Virus record (IMG/VR): IMGVR_UViG_3300032270_000729
Location: 1 to 35,050 of that record
Source: a virus
Lineage: Duplodnaviria; Caudoviricetes
DNA: 35,050 bases
Direction: 5' to 3' (one strand)
Each line of letters begins with the position of its first letter. Positions within the stretch are counted from its first letter, which is position 1. The notes beneath the pieces are model-generated. The model ran no database searches. It was not told the origin of the DNA and saw only the letters and a program-made list of their open reading frames with translations. The translations under genes were made by a program, and so were the position numbers. Of this stretch, positions 23,401 through 32,700 are shown piece by piece.

Positions 23401-25727
23401 ATAAAACTTTAAAGCCAAAATCAAATCTTTCATGCATTAAATTAATAGACAATTATTATGTAAAATCTTTGAATATTTTATCTCAAGGATCTAATTATAC
23501 AACTGCTCCTCAAATTAAGCTATACAATGAAAAAGATGATCAAATTATTTCCAATTTTTCAGCAATAGCAATTTTAAAAAATTCTTCAGTAGATCAGGTT
23601 CAATTATTAAATCCTGGATTTGGATTGAAATCAAGTGATAATAAAATTATCTCTACTAATAATCAAAATGGATTAAAAGTTATTAACGCTTTAATTGCAG
23701 GATCTTCCCCATACACTATCACATTAACTGTAAAGACTCCAACTTCTGGATTTACTACTTCTAATCCTATGCCAGTTTCTGCTGGGGATCAAATTTTTAT
23801 AGAAGGAATGGTTTCTGATGGATTTAATTCCAGTCAAAATAAATATAATCCATTTTTAGTAACTTCAGTAGACCCTGCTTATGGGTCTCAGGATGCTGCT
23901 ACCATTCAATATCAAACCTATAGCAACCCTGGTTCTTATGACAGTACAGAGTCATATAATGCTTATGTGATTCCATATTCACACCTTCCTGTAATTGATG
24001 CAGAATTGGAACAAAATCAATTCTCAAATAAAGAATATATAACCAATGATAATGTTCAGATCATCAACAATATAAAAAATACTCCAATAACAAATCTTAT
24101 CAAAACTAAAAATCCAAAAAATATTTCCATCAATGATATCATTACTGGAAAATCTTCACAATCAAGAGGTAAAGTTGTAGATATTAATAAATTTAATTTC
24201 TATTTTGGTGTAGACTCAAGTGTTTCTGAAACTTTGGGTGGGTTTGAAAATAGAGGATACTTATCATCAAATATACAGAAATTATCAGATAATGATTACT
24301 ATCAAAAATTCTCATATTCATTAAAAAGTAAAAAGCAATTTTCTACTTGGAATTCTCCAGTATCTGATATTACACATATTGCAGGATATAAAAAATTTAG
24401 TGATCTCAGTGTAGAGTCATTAGGAATAGGATCTTCAATAACAACTTTAGAAAAAGGAGTATCTAATTTATTAACAATAAACTCTTATGGCAATGTAAAT
24501 TCAATTCATGATTATGATTTAGCTCAAGAAATAGATTTAGATGATACAGATGGAGAATATTCACAATATTTAAAATTTGGAAGATTGTCCTTTGGAAATA
24601 GTTTAAAATCAACTCATAATAGAGTTTTGTCAATAGATGACATTTCAAATCTCTTCATAAATCAACCAACAAAACTATCAATTCCAGTTGATAACATATT
24701 ATCCTCATCGTCAAATACTATAAAGTACGAATTTTATCTTACTGCAACAAGTTCATTCTTGGGAGATTTTATTTACCCAGAAATATTTGAACTTTTAGTG
24801 TGTAGAAGTGGAGACACTATTAATTTAACTGGTTATTCTTACTATTATGATTCATTCAACTTAGGAAATAACGCTCATTTAGGAGAATTTATTGGAAATG
24901 TTAGTGATACAAATCCAAATGAAGTGGTATTGTCTTTCCAACCAATCAATCCATTTTTAACCATTGATATTAAAGCAATTAAAGAAACTGCTCCATCTTC
25001 TGTTGGAATAGCAACAACATCTTTTGGATATAGTAAGAATGTTGAATTCTGCCAAAATTATGGAGTTGGTATTGCTTCAACATCAGTAATTTATTCCATT
25101 CCAATTTCTGACTGCAATTCTGGCACATTGATTATTGGCATTTCATCTATTGCAAATAACATAGAATCTTCTTTTGAAGCATCATTCGTAAATACTCCAA
25201 ATGGATTATTGGTTAGTAAATATACAGAGGCAATTTACAAAGATTTGGGAACAATAGGAATTAACACAAATGGGTCAAATATAGAATTTACTTACAGCAC
25301 ATTAACTGGTGTGGGAGTTACTGTACAAGGAAACTTGAAATTATTGACCAACACTTATGCTGGATATAATACTCTTACGAAAAATCTTTCAATATTTCAG
25401 AGTTCAAAAATAACAACAACTTCACTGTCATCTGGCATATCCACAGTTTCTGGAAATTATGGATATACAAAATATATCATTGAAATTGTTCAAGAAACAG
25501 GAATATCAACTAACAAATCTATAGTACAATTAAATTCATTGCATTATCAAAATTATTTGAATAATGTTTTATATAATGTAAATGGAACTATTAATGACAG
25601 TGATTTAAATTTTGAAACATCTTACAATATTGTTAATAATAACTATACTTTATATTTCAATCCAGTTACTCCTGCAACTTATACTATCAGAACTTATGAA
25701 TCTAGCTTACTATCCCCACTCTCATAA
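17499..25727 (+). CDS. gp7: large baseplate wedge initiator gp7-like structural protein (2742 aa)
   Basis: QIPEFI...FVEFFKQYY, SFYQTKGT..AF..LF..LY, DNDYYQKFSYSLKS and HIAGYKKF motifs; internal YHYH-like segment; lies between gp6 and gp8. Confidence 0.85.
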   Translation: MNQEKKVVKISDVVQNQIPEFILSENPNFVEFFKQYYISQEFQGSNVDIAENLISYKDLDSFDLTNLISETTLSSDVDFFDDVINVESTAGWPNEYGLLKIDNEIITYTGITSTSFIGCIRGFSGISSLTQENNPEFLVFSQTESSEHSSNSTVHNLSNLFLKEFFAKIKYQFTPGFEEREFAPQINPQNFISKVKSFYQTKGTNEAFSILFKVLYAENVKVIKPDDYCFTPSDDKWKSVETFVCELISGNPLNIKGQTLYQDEFSEHNIGKASGSIYDVQLFKDNRKDFYKLQIFSGYSNNLNPKGSISGTFVSTPKTFVVETVDPSSSVITVDSTVGFENSGTLEIGSLTVTYTNKTNNQFLGCSGVSTQILRTTEVFSNHYVYAYDKDLSTAVKFRVYNVLSKYEDSNGLFLTEGDPIKIESLGSTESSNFLNSLVYNLPTSIFVGKAVSDLTPQIRNNQKEGLSISTGNVLCKYPHYLRTGDFVSLYLKTGNIPILINAQVTVINSKEFLIPAGSLPQNILGKRILVRRSLKKSPYANLNLCANIQDSYVDDDSYYLTTNGLPDYQIAPFDFTSTFFSNIPYALDSFGYVESYLKTGDEVSVVDYSSSPGFRNEVGISTGRSYFITRINTFQVSLSESRENVGVSSYITFFEYNTKGIFSGKITSIELQRTSHYNKEFSSGKLFKKFPKSPKIAETKTKTTPGSLGIFVNGIELKNYKSYDKFYYGEIESVTVLNSGSGYDLTNPPKIDVENGTNSNIIPNLKGNIVKIIVEDPGFDYIETPTVSVLGGNNSSVVTEVKMKNIFNEIKFNATTKDTVIDTVNDIFKFKSPHRFVTGEPVIYKNYKSTPIGIGTVVADGSLIDDSIYYAVNIGAGTSMKLAFHKNDALQGTNLISLRTYGGGSQSFISVDKKQVIDQVNIIQNEGQFEYKKISFLAENVNVLDNIITIKNHGFASDEEVVFSFKPLTGFQGSTITGLSTATNYYIDKIDDDSFRLSTSKTTANIVNFTSVDYYTTYFIEYSPIRVNISGTLSVTGVTTVGYGASLAALVQGSVVGAFVQQNPNVNNSIDKFGSQEIVNWEDNPKLTIIEGSGASFKPLVIDGVIKKVIVKSSGSGYFNTFEFVITGDGFGAKLYPIINNGQIVDVIVVNGGVNYSSTNTRIDITPVGTGARLKANIKSWTVNGAEKYGFSTIEDGLIFGKNYSLLGTSYGVYHLNEKLRNFFNILNSPTTHSPIVGWAYDGCPIYGPYGYTNPNGSGGISRMRSGYAYQNTTGIAENLVEEYYYSPTIGTLDKYNGRYCVTPEYPNGVYAYFCTFDANNVPEFPYVIGPEYNFTPVDENFDLKQTQEINFNDLDIVKCTNPYRIEDDQFRYEYFDFFPNQNENDLIVQKTSSGSVDEITILDGGTGYEVGDSIIFDNTNNTGFGAIAKVSEIDGVGVTTITTQTTIIPNLTFISSGNIVVGIASTYHSLKNGSYVTLTGISTSSFKDIEGIQNIVVGDVSSTLSSGISSVSTTGIVTSIQINDKLDYFDIDSQLLMNGEIVKVIGKDYKNNLLNILRPPGGISHLKSEAITLLPNKFQFLSKDPIPTNTIKNESYYFYSSQSISIGTTVSVGLGNTLTIYPLGVGVSYTKYVQPGGIYLPNNKFNTGDKVVYTAGATSIITNKGGLSSLAELYILKISDDVIGIVTFKSQISNIDNILTYTSSGSSDLHKFESDREVVKGDLKNISCVVSTASTHRLHVNDVVDLKVTSGITTTFNVTFNDDRVKINSATNPKIDVYSNDVVVFNLSSPTLSGKTFNLYEDEKFLNPYVGNKFNGIEVSKTSTQLTLTISEHTPKTLYYKLTGSINDISVEDHNKLVINDSLYNFKTTVFSLTSLSFTVNLNTVPERLLYTSPSILSYSVLSKNVFGPISKIEMVSKGFSYTKLPQILRVDSNFGSGASLFANSYSIGKIEKVKVNNTSLICPFDKTLKPKSNLSCIKLIDNYYVKSLNILSQGSNYTTAPQIKLYNEKDDQIISNFSAIAILKNSSVDQVQLLNPGFGLKSSDNKIISTNNQNGLKVINALIAGSSPYTITLTVKTPTSGFTTSNPMPVSAGDQIFIEGMVSDGFNSSQNKYNPFLVTSVDPAYGSQDAATIQYQTYSNPGSYDSTESYNAYVIPYSHLPVIDAELEQNQFSNKEYITNDNVQIINNIKNTPITNLIKTKNPKNISINDIITGKSSQSRGKVVDINKFNFYFGVDSSVSETLGGFENRGYLSSNIQKLSDNDYYQKFSYSLKSKKQFSTWNSPVSDITHIAGYKKFSDLSVESLGIGSSITTLEKGVSNLLTINSYGNVNSIHDYDLAQEIDLDDTDGEYSQYLKFGRLSFGNSLKSTHNRVLSIDDISNLFINQPTKLSIPVDNILSSSSNTIKYEFYLTATSSFLGDFIYPEIFELLVCRSGDTINLTGYSYYYDSFNLGNNAHLGEFIGNVSDTNPNEVVLSFQPINPFLTIDIKAIKETAPSSVGIATTSFGYSKNVEFCQNYGVGIASTSVIYSIPISDCNSGTLIIGISSIANNIESSFEASFVNTPNGLLVSKYTEAIYKDLGTIGINTNGSNIEFTYSTLTGVGVTVQGNLKLLTNTYAGYNTLTKNLSIFQSSKITTTSLSSGISTVSGNYGYTKYIIEIVQETGISTNKSIVQLNSLHYQNYLNNVLYNVNGTINDSDLNFETSYNIVNNNYTLYFNPVTPATYTIRTYESSLLSPLS

Positions 25728-25733
25728 TAAATA
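25726..25733 (+). promoter_or_regulatory. T4-type late promoter-like AATAAATA
   Basis: Overlaps the gp7 stop, 9 nt before ATG 25743. Confidence 0.6.
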
Positions 25734-25742
25734 CTCATAAAA

Positions 25743-28169
25743 ATGCCAACAGATAATATTGGGACAATTTATACTCCATCAATTTATGGGAGAAAATCTT
25801 TTCCACTGAAGCATAAAACATCGCCAATTTTTTACAAAACTTTCAACCCACAAGACTCTACTGTTGTAAACGTAAATACAGATATTATTACAATACCAAA
25901 TCACTTCTTTAAAACAGGAGAACCATTAAAATATTCATATAATCCAGATGACACTCCAATTGGTATTGATGGAACAAGTCCTGGAGCTTCTGGGATAACT
26001 TCATTCCCAAGTACAATATACCCTGTGGTTGTAGATAAAGATCATATTAGAGTGGCTTTAGGAGACACCTATGCTAAAACAAATCAATATGTAAATATTA
26101 CTTCTTTAGGAATAGGAACAGAACATTCATTTGAAGCATTTAAACAAAATTCAAAATGTTTGATTAACATAAATGGAGTTATTCAATCGCCTATATCAAT
26201 AGCATCCACAGTTAAGGTAATTTCTCACACATCATCTTCTTTAGAAGTTGAAAATTTAGAAAATATTAAAATTGGAACATGTTTAAAAATTAATAGTGAA
26301 ATTGTTAAAGTTTCTTCTATAAACTATAGTACAAACACATTAATTATAACTAGAGGTCCAGAAGTTCTTGGATCTGAAATCATTCCATTTGAAAGCACTC
26401 TTAACAATTCTTATGTAAATGTTTTATCTGGAAATTATAACATAATTAAAGATATTCTTTATTTTGATGACCCTCCATTAGAAAGTAAAACTGAAGTATA
26501 TAAAATTCCATTAAACGATATTGTTTTTTCTACTTCTAGTTTTAATTTATTAACTGACTTTCTTAAAACAGGATCTCAAGTTTTAGTCATTTGGGAAAAC
26601 CCTCCACAAGAATTGCCAGATCAAAAATTTTATTATTTGATACAAAACAATCCTAATAATTTTAGTTTAGCTAACACTTATGCTGATGCTTTTAATAATA
26701 CCAAAGTTACATTTACAAATTCTAGTCTAAATGGAAGCCCTGTAAGTAAAGTAAAATTTGTTTATTATTATCCAACGGAGAACAATTCATTTAATGGAAG
26801 GGTATTTTTAAGGTCAAACTATGATGGCAATCAAGTATTTGATGACATCTCTCAGCAATTTACTGGAATCACAAGTTCTTTTGAATTAAAAACCTCTGGT
26901 CTTAGTACAGTTGGAATTAAAAGTGATAATGGGATATTATTGCTTAATAACATTTTTCAATATCCAGGATCTGATGAAGCATTTTCTTTCGTAGAAGATT
27001 TAACAAAAACTTACATAAATTTTGTTGGATTTGGAACAACAGGATTTACTGGAAAATCTTATGATGTCAATGTTAAAGATTATCCTAGAGGTGGAATAAT
27101 TGTTTCTTATGGAACAACTTCTGGTTCAAATTATCAAATTTCAACTTCATTTTATAATGTGCCAGTTTCTGGTTCTGCTACTGGAATAGGTGCTTCAGTA
27201 TCTTTTGATACTGATTTTTATGGAAATGTTACTAATTTTAGATTTACTAATCGTGGATACAATTATAAAAGTGGAGACATACTTATTCCCTCAAATACAG
27301 TTGGTGTAGGCAGCCAAATTCAAGATGATAAATTGTATATTACAGTTCAAGAAGTAATTAAAGATACTTTTAATGCTTGGGATGTAGGAATTTTAGAAAA
27401 ACTTGATGATTTATCTTCTAAAGCAACAGGAAAAAGAAAAACTTTTGATTTAACTAAAGATGGTCAGAGAATTAGTTTAGAGTCTGATCCAATTTATGAA
27501 GTTGAATTAAGATATAATTTATTAGTTTTTGTTAATGATGTTTTACAAGTTCCAGGAACATCATATTCTTTTGATAGAGGATCTTCAATTACATTTTCAG
27601 AACCAATTCCTCAAGGAAGTAACGTAAAAATTTATTTGTACAAAGGATATTATGGAGATACATTTAATGTTGGTGCTTTAGGGAAATTAAAAGTTGGAGA
27701 TACACTTCAATTAGTACAAGATTTTTATGGATCCCCTCCAGTAGAACAAAAAGAAAGAATCATAAAAGAGTTCATTGTTTCTGACGTACTTAGAACAAAT
27801 GTTTACAATGATTTAGGATTGTCTGATGATTCTTCTCAAAAGAGGTCCGTGACATGGACTCCACAAAAAACAGATTTAATTATAGATGGAACTTATGTAA
27901 GTAAGTCAAGAATTGAACAAAACTCTGGAATAACTTCTTACACAAATGTAGCTAATTATGTTGGAACATTTACTGGTGTCAGTACTAGTTTTGTGGGAAT
28001 AAATACAACTAACATATTAATTGGAGATTATATAGAGGGAACTTATGTTGGAACTGGAGTTACTATTGTTTCTATTGGATCAAGTATTGTGGGAATAGGA
28101 TCAACTAGTTACTCTTCATCTCCAACTGGAATCAACACGTCTTTACTTTCCTTCTATAGAAAATCATAA
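25743..28169 (+). CDS. virion structural protein, gp7-related baseplate component (808 aa)
   Basis: Shares repeat motifs with gp7 (NHFFKTGEPLKY); FDDISQQFTG and VFVNDVLQVPG motifs; baseplate operon context. Confidence 0.75.
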   Translation: MPTDNIGTIYTPSIYGRKSFPLKHKTSPIFYKTFNPQDSTVVNVNTDIITIPNHFFKTGEPLKYSYNPDDTPIGIDGTSPGASGITSFPSTIYPVVVDKDHIRVALGDTYAKTNQYVNITSLGIGTEHSFEAFKQNSKCLININGVIQSPISIASTVKVISHTSSSLEVENLENIKIGTCLKINSEIVKVSSINYSTNTLIITRGPEVLGSEIIPFESTLNNSYVNVLSGNYNIIKDILYFDDPPLESKTEVYKIPLNDIVFSTSSFNLLTDFLKTGSQVLVIWENPPQELPDQKFYYLIQNNPNNFSLANTYADAFNNTKVTFTNSSLNGSPVSKVKFVYYYPTENNSFNGRVFLRSNYDGNQVFDDISQQFTGITSSFELKTSGLSTVGIKSDNGILLLNNIFQYPGSDEAFSFVEDLTKTYINFVGFGTTGFTGKSYDVNVKDYPRGGIIVSYGTTSGSNYQISTSFYNVPVSGSATGIGASVSFDTDFYGNVTNFRFTNRGYNYKSGDILIPSNTVGVGSQIQDDKLYITVQEVIKDTFNAWDVGILEKLDDLSSKATGKRKTFDLTKDGQRISLESDPIYEVELRYNLLVFVNDVLQVPGTSYSFDRGSSITFSEPIPQGSNVKIYLYKGYYGDTFNVGALGKLKVGDTLQLVQDFYGSPPVEQKERIIKEFIVSDVLRTNVYNDLGLSDDSSQKRSVTWTPQKTDLIIDGTYVSKSRIEQNSGITSYTNVANYVGTFTGVSTSFVGINTTNILIGDYIEGTYVGTGVTIVSIGSSIVGIGSTSYSSSPTGINTSLLSFYRKS

Positions 28170-28175
28170 TAAATA
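28168..28175 (+). promoter_or_regulatory. T4-type late promoter-like AATAAATA
   Basis: Overlaps the upstream stop, ahead of gp8. Confidence 0.6.
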
Positions 28176-28194
28176 ACATAAAATACTAATTCAA

Positions 28195-29742
28195 ATGGCT
28201 ATAATAACTGACAAATTAAGATTGATTAATTGTGCTAATTTTGTAAAAGATGTTTCTGCAGGTGGTTATTATACGTTTATTGGATTTCCAAATGCTACTT
28301 CATTATATCCAAATTGGGATTCAAGCAGACCAGATCCAACAGATAATTTTTTATATTTAAATTCTTATGGAGATAATATTTTAGGAGTAAAAAAACTTAC
28401 CAGTTCTGATGTTGTCAGGGTAATTCCAAAAATAGTTTGGACTTCTGGTAAAAAGTATGAGATGTACAGACATGACTATAGTGTTAAGAATTTATCTCCT
28501 GTAACAGGATCTACTAGATTATATGATTCTTCTTATTATGTAATGAATCAAGATTATAGAGTGTATATTTGTATTAATAATAATTCTGAAGCAAATACTA
28601 ATCTTGGTAGTATCTCTACACAAGAACCATTGCACACAGATCTTTCTCCAAGAGAAGAATCTGATGGGTATGTTTGGAAATATCTTTATACCTTATCTCC
28701 AGCAGATGTTTTAAAGTTTGATTCTACAAATTATATAACTGTACCAAGCGATTGGGAAACCACAGACGATTTGGAAGTTTCAAGGATTAGAGAAAATGCA
28801 GTAGAAGGTAGAATAGAAACTGTTATTGTAGAAGATAATAATGCTGCATATGCTCCACCATCATCAATTATAACAGATGTTCCAATTGAGGGGGATGGTA
28901 CTGGTGCATATGCTTCAGTAGAATTTAATGAAACAGGAAACCCAATTAAAGTAGTTGTTACATCAGGAGGAAGTGGATATACATTTGGAACTTTAAATTT
29001 AGATTCTGTTTTACAACCAGTAGAATCAACAAAAGCAGTTTTTAATGTAATTATTCCACCTCATGGAGGGCATGGTGCAAATATTTACACGGAATTGGGA
29101 GCATTTAGAGTTTTAGTTTACAGCAGAATTGAAAATAGTTCTACAAATCCAGATTTTATAGTTGGAAATCAATTTTCCAGAATTGGAATTATTAAAGGGG
29201 TTACTGAGGTTGGATCTGCAACTACCTTTACATCGTCCACTGGGTCTGGAGTTTATGCCTTAAAAATCAATGGAGATGCTTCTGCTGAAGCATATGACTC
29301 TTTAATTACTCAATCAAACAGTGGTGCTATTGGAACTTTAGTTAGTTTTGATTTGACAACTGGAGTTCTCAGGTATATCCAACCAAGAAATAATAACATA
29401 GACACTTATGTTGATGGAAGTGGCAATTATCAAATTGACCTCCATGAAATTCCACAAAAAAGTATAAGTGGAATACAAACCACATCTAATTATGAATTAA
29501 ATTCTTTTGATCAAAGTAATATTAAAATCAATGGAAATACTTACTCAATAAATACTGGATTCAATGCTTCAAGTGTTGATGTTGGAGGAACAACCTATTA
29601 CTTAGGACAAAGTTTCACTGGAGGTCTTTCAGTTCCAGACATAAATACAAAGAGTGGTGAAATCTTATATGTTGATAATAGGGCTTCTGTGACAAGATCA
29701 GCACAACAAAGAGAAGATATTAAAATCATTTTAGAATTCTAA
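28195..29742 (+). CDS. gp8: baseplate wedge subunit gp8
   Basis: WTSGKKYEMYRHDY, YYVMNQDYRVYICINN, DGYVWKYLYT, PPHGGHG and SGEILYVDNR...QREDIKIILEF. Confidence 0.93.
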   Translation: MAIITDKLRLINCANFVKDVSAGGYYTFIGFPNATSLYPNWDSSRPDPTDNFLYLNSYGDNILGVKKLTSSDVVRVIPKIVWTSGKKYEMYRHDYSVKNLSPVTGSTRLYDSSYYVMNQDYRVYICINNNSEANTNLGSISTQEPLHTDLSPREESDGYVWKYLYTLSPADVLKFDSTNYITVPSDWETTDDLEVSRIRENAVEGRIETVIVEDNNAAYAPPSSIITDVPIEGDGTGAYASVEFNETGNPIKVVVTSGGSGYTFGTLNLDSVLQPVESTKAVFNVIIPPHGGHGANIYTELGAFRVLVYSRIENSSTNPDFIVGNQFSRIGIIKGVTEVGSATTFTSSTGSGVYALKINGDASAEAYDSLITQSNSGAIGTLVSFDLTTGVLRYIQPRNNNIDTYVDGSGNYQIDLHEIPQKSISGIQTTSNYELNSFDQSNIKINGNTYSINTGFNASSVDVGGTTYYLGQSFTGGLSVPDINTKSGEILYVDNRASVTRSAQQREDIKIILEF

Positions 29743-29746
29743 AAAA

Positions 29747-32700
29747 ATGCCCCAAAGTACTAATTTAAATAAAAACCCATATTATGATGATTTTTCTGAT
29801 TCAAAGAACTTTTATAAAGTTCTTTTTAAACCTGGCGTAACAGTACAAACAAGAGAATTAACTACTCTTCAATCAATTTTGCAAGATCAAGTTGAAAAAC
29901 TTGGTAGTGCATTTTTTAAGAAAAATTCTGTTGTTGTTCCTGGGGCGTTTGCTTATGATGCTTCTTTCTATGCAGTTGAAGTAGAAAGCACTTATAAAGG
30001 AATTGATGTAGAGACTTATTTTGACAAATTAGTAGGTTTAACACTTACTGGCAAAATATCTCAAGTAACTGCAAAAGTAGAAAAAGTTCTTACCAGATCA
30101 GATTCTTCAAGATCTAACACAACATTTTATATTAAATATCAATCATCTTCTACTTCAGACTTTTCATTATCTACATTTTCTGATGGGGAAGAATTAGTAG
30201 TCAATCAAGATATTAATCTTTCTACTGGAGCAATACTTTCAGGGAACTCAGTAGCAAAAACAATATCTCCTGTTAGTGGGTCTTCAACTTCAGTTGGATC
30301 AGCAGCAAAAATAAGTGCAGGTGTTTATTTTGTCAGAGGATTTTTAGTAAATGTAAACAGAGATCTAATTATCTTAGATCAATATTCAAACACACCATCT
30401 TACAGAGTAGGACTGAATATTCAGGAGCAAATAATAGATTCCAGTCAAGATGACTCATTAAATGATAACGCCCAAGGGTTTTCAAATTATGCTGCCCCAG
30501 GTGCAGACAGATTAAAAATAAATTTAACTTTAATCAAAAAAAAATTAGATGATTATAATGATGAAGATTTTATTGAATTGTTTAGAGTTGAATCTGGTCT
30601 ATTAATTAATATTGCTCCACAGACAGATAATACTTTTCTTACTGATGTTTTAGCAAGAAGAACATTTGATGAGTCTGGAAATTATTATGTAAATCCTTTT
30701 AAATTAGAATCTTTAGAATCTTTAAATGATAATTTGGGAAATGGTGGTTTATATACACAAGGAGAAACAACTTCAATAGGGGTTGAAGCTTCTGAAGATA
30801 TTGGAGTAATTAAAGTATCTTCAGGAAAATCTTATGTTAAAGGTTATGAAATTCCATCAAATACTACTCTATTAGCATTTGATAAACCAAGAACAACAAA
30901 ATTGGTGGAATCATCATCTTCATCATTTAATGTTGGTAATTTATTAAGAATAAACAATGTTAAGAATATTCCTAATGTAGGATTGACCACAACATTAAAT
31001 CTTCCACTTTATGATCAGCGTCTTTCTGGAGGGTCTGCTTCTGGTAATGAAGTTGGATTAGCAAGAGTATATGATTTTTCTTCACACATTACATCATACG
31101 TAAATAATTCAAGTCAATTTAATTTAAATTTATTTGACATACAAGTTTACAGTAAGATAATATCAGATTCTTCTTTAAGCACTATTGGAATTGGATCTTT
31201 TGTTAAGGGATCTAATAGTGGTGCAACAGCGTTTGTTAAAGGCAAGTCAGGACAATCTTTAACTCTATATCAAGTTGCTGGAACTTTTATTAAAAATGAT
31301 TCATTAATTGTAAACGGAGTATTGTCCTCTGTTTCTGTAGGGACATTTACAAATTATTCAATAGAAGATGTTAAATCAGTATCAGATGGATCATTTACAG
31401 CAGATACAGTTCTTTCAAAGGAAATTTTATTGACTGGTCCATTTACTTTATCTGTTGGTAGTGGAATTGGCACAATTACTTCAAATAATGGAGCAGCATT
31501 TGCATCAAACTTAAAAGTAACAGATGTAATTACATATTCTCAAATTGGATTTACATCATCAGTATATGCACGAATAACTGGAATAAACACAACTAAAACT
31601 AGTATAACATTGGGAACTGTATCAACAGTTCCATATGTATGCACAGGAAATCTTGGAGTTACAACAACCCTTCAATCAATTTCTTGTATAAAACCTCAAA
31701 TTTTACAAAATGATGATCCATCATTAACTGCAAGATTAAATAATCAAAATATTGCAGATGTTAAATTTGACAATTCAAATATCTATGTCAAAGTATTTTA
31801 TCAATCAGTAACTAAAACATCTACTACTATAAATCTTCCCAGTTTGTCTGGAACTAATTATGTTTATGCATCTTTTGATGAAGGAAATTATTCCATCACA
31901 AATGCTGATGGGTCTTTAGAAAATCTTAGTTTATCCACATTTACTATTACTAATGGTGGAAAAAATGCTAGTTTCACTGGACTTTCAGCAACTGCAGGAC
32001 CTTGCAAAGTATTAACGACTCAGATTAAGTCAAAAGTAACTCAAAAATTTAAAAAACTTTCAGTTTGCAATTCATTAGTAATTTCAAAAACAAAATATAC
32101 AACACCACAAAATGCTGGTCTTACTTATGGTCCAATTTATGGATTAAGAGTAGACGATGACCAAATTAGTTTAAATGTCCCTGATGTAGTTCAAGTCCAT
32201 GGAGTATTTGAATCTTCAACAACATCTAATCCTGTTTTACCATCTATTTCGTTCTTAAATTTAAACAGTCCAAGTGGAATTAGTGATGATTTGATTGTTG
32301 GGGAATTAGTGATTGGAGAGACCTCTGGAGCTGTAGCAATTTATGTAAGCAAAGAAACCTCATCAGAAATTAATTTAGTTTATAAAAATGGCAATTTTGT
32401 TTTAGGAGAACCAATTTCATTCTCTCAAACTGGTTACACAGCAATTGTTTCATCTATTTCTGCTGGTGATAGAAATATTGTAGATGAATTTGTTTTAGAT
32501 AATGGACAAAGATCTCATTTCTATGATTTTAGTAGATTAATAAGAAAAAATGGTTCTAGAGAACCATTTGGAAGACTTAATATAATCTTTGATAATTTTA
32601 CATTTGATGCAACTGATGATGGAGATTTAATAGCATCAAATAGCTATCCATCAACATTATCTAAAAAATTAATACCATCTTTTGATGGTCTGAGAAATAC

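Noticed and set aside
20681-24648. Short minus-strand ORFs inside gp7, or an intron/intein interrupting it
   Set aside because: gp7 is an uninterrupted frame, and I saw no intein splice or homing-endonuclease motifs by eye.
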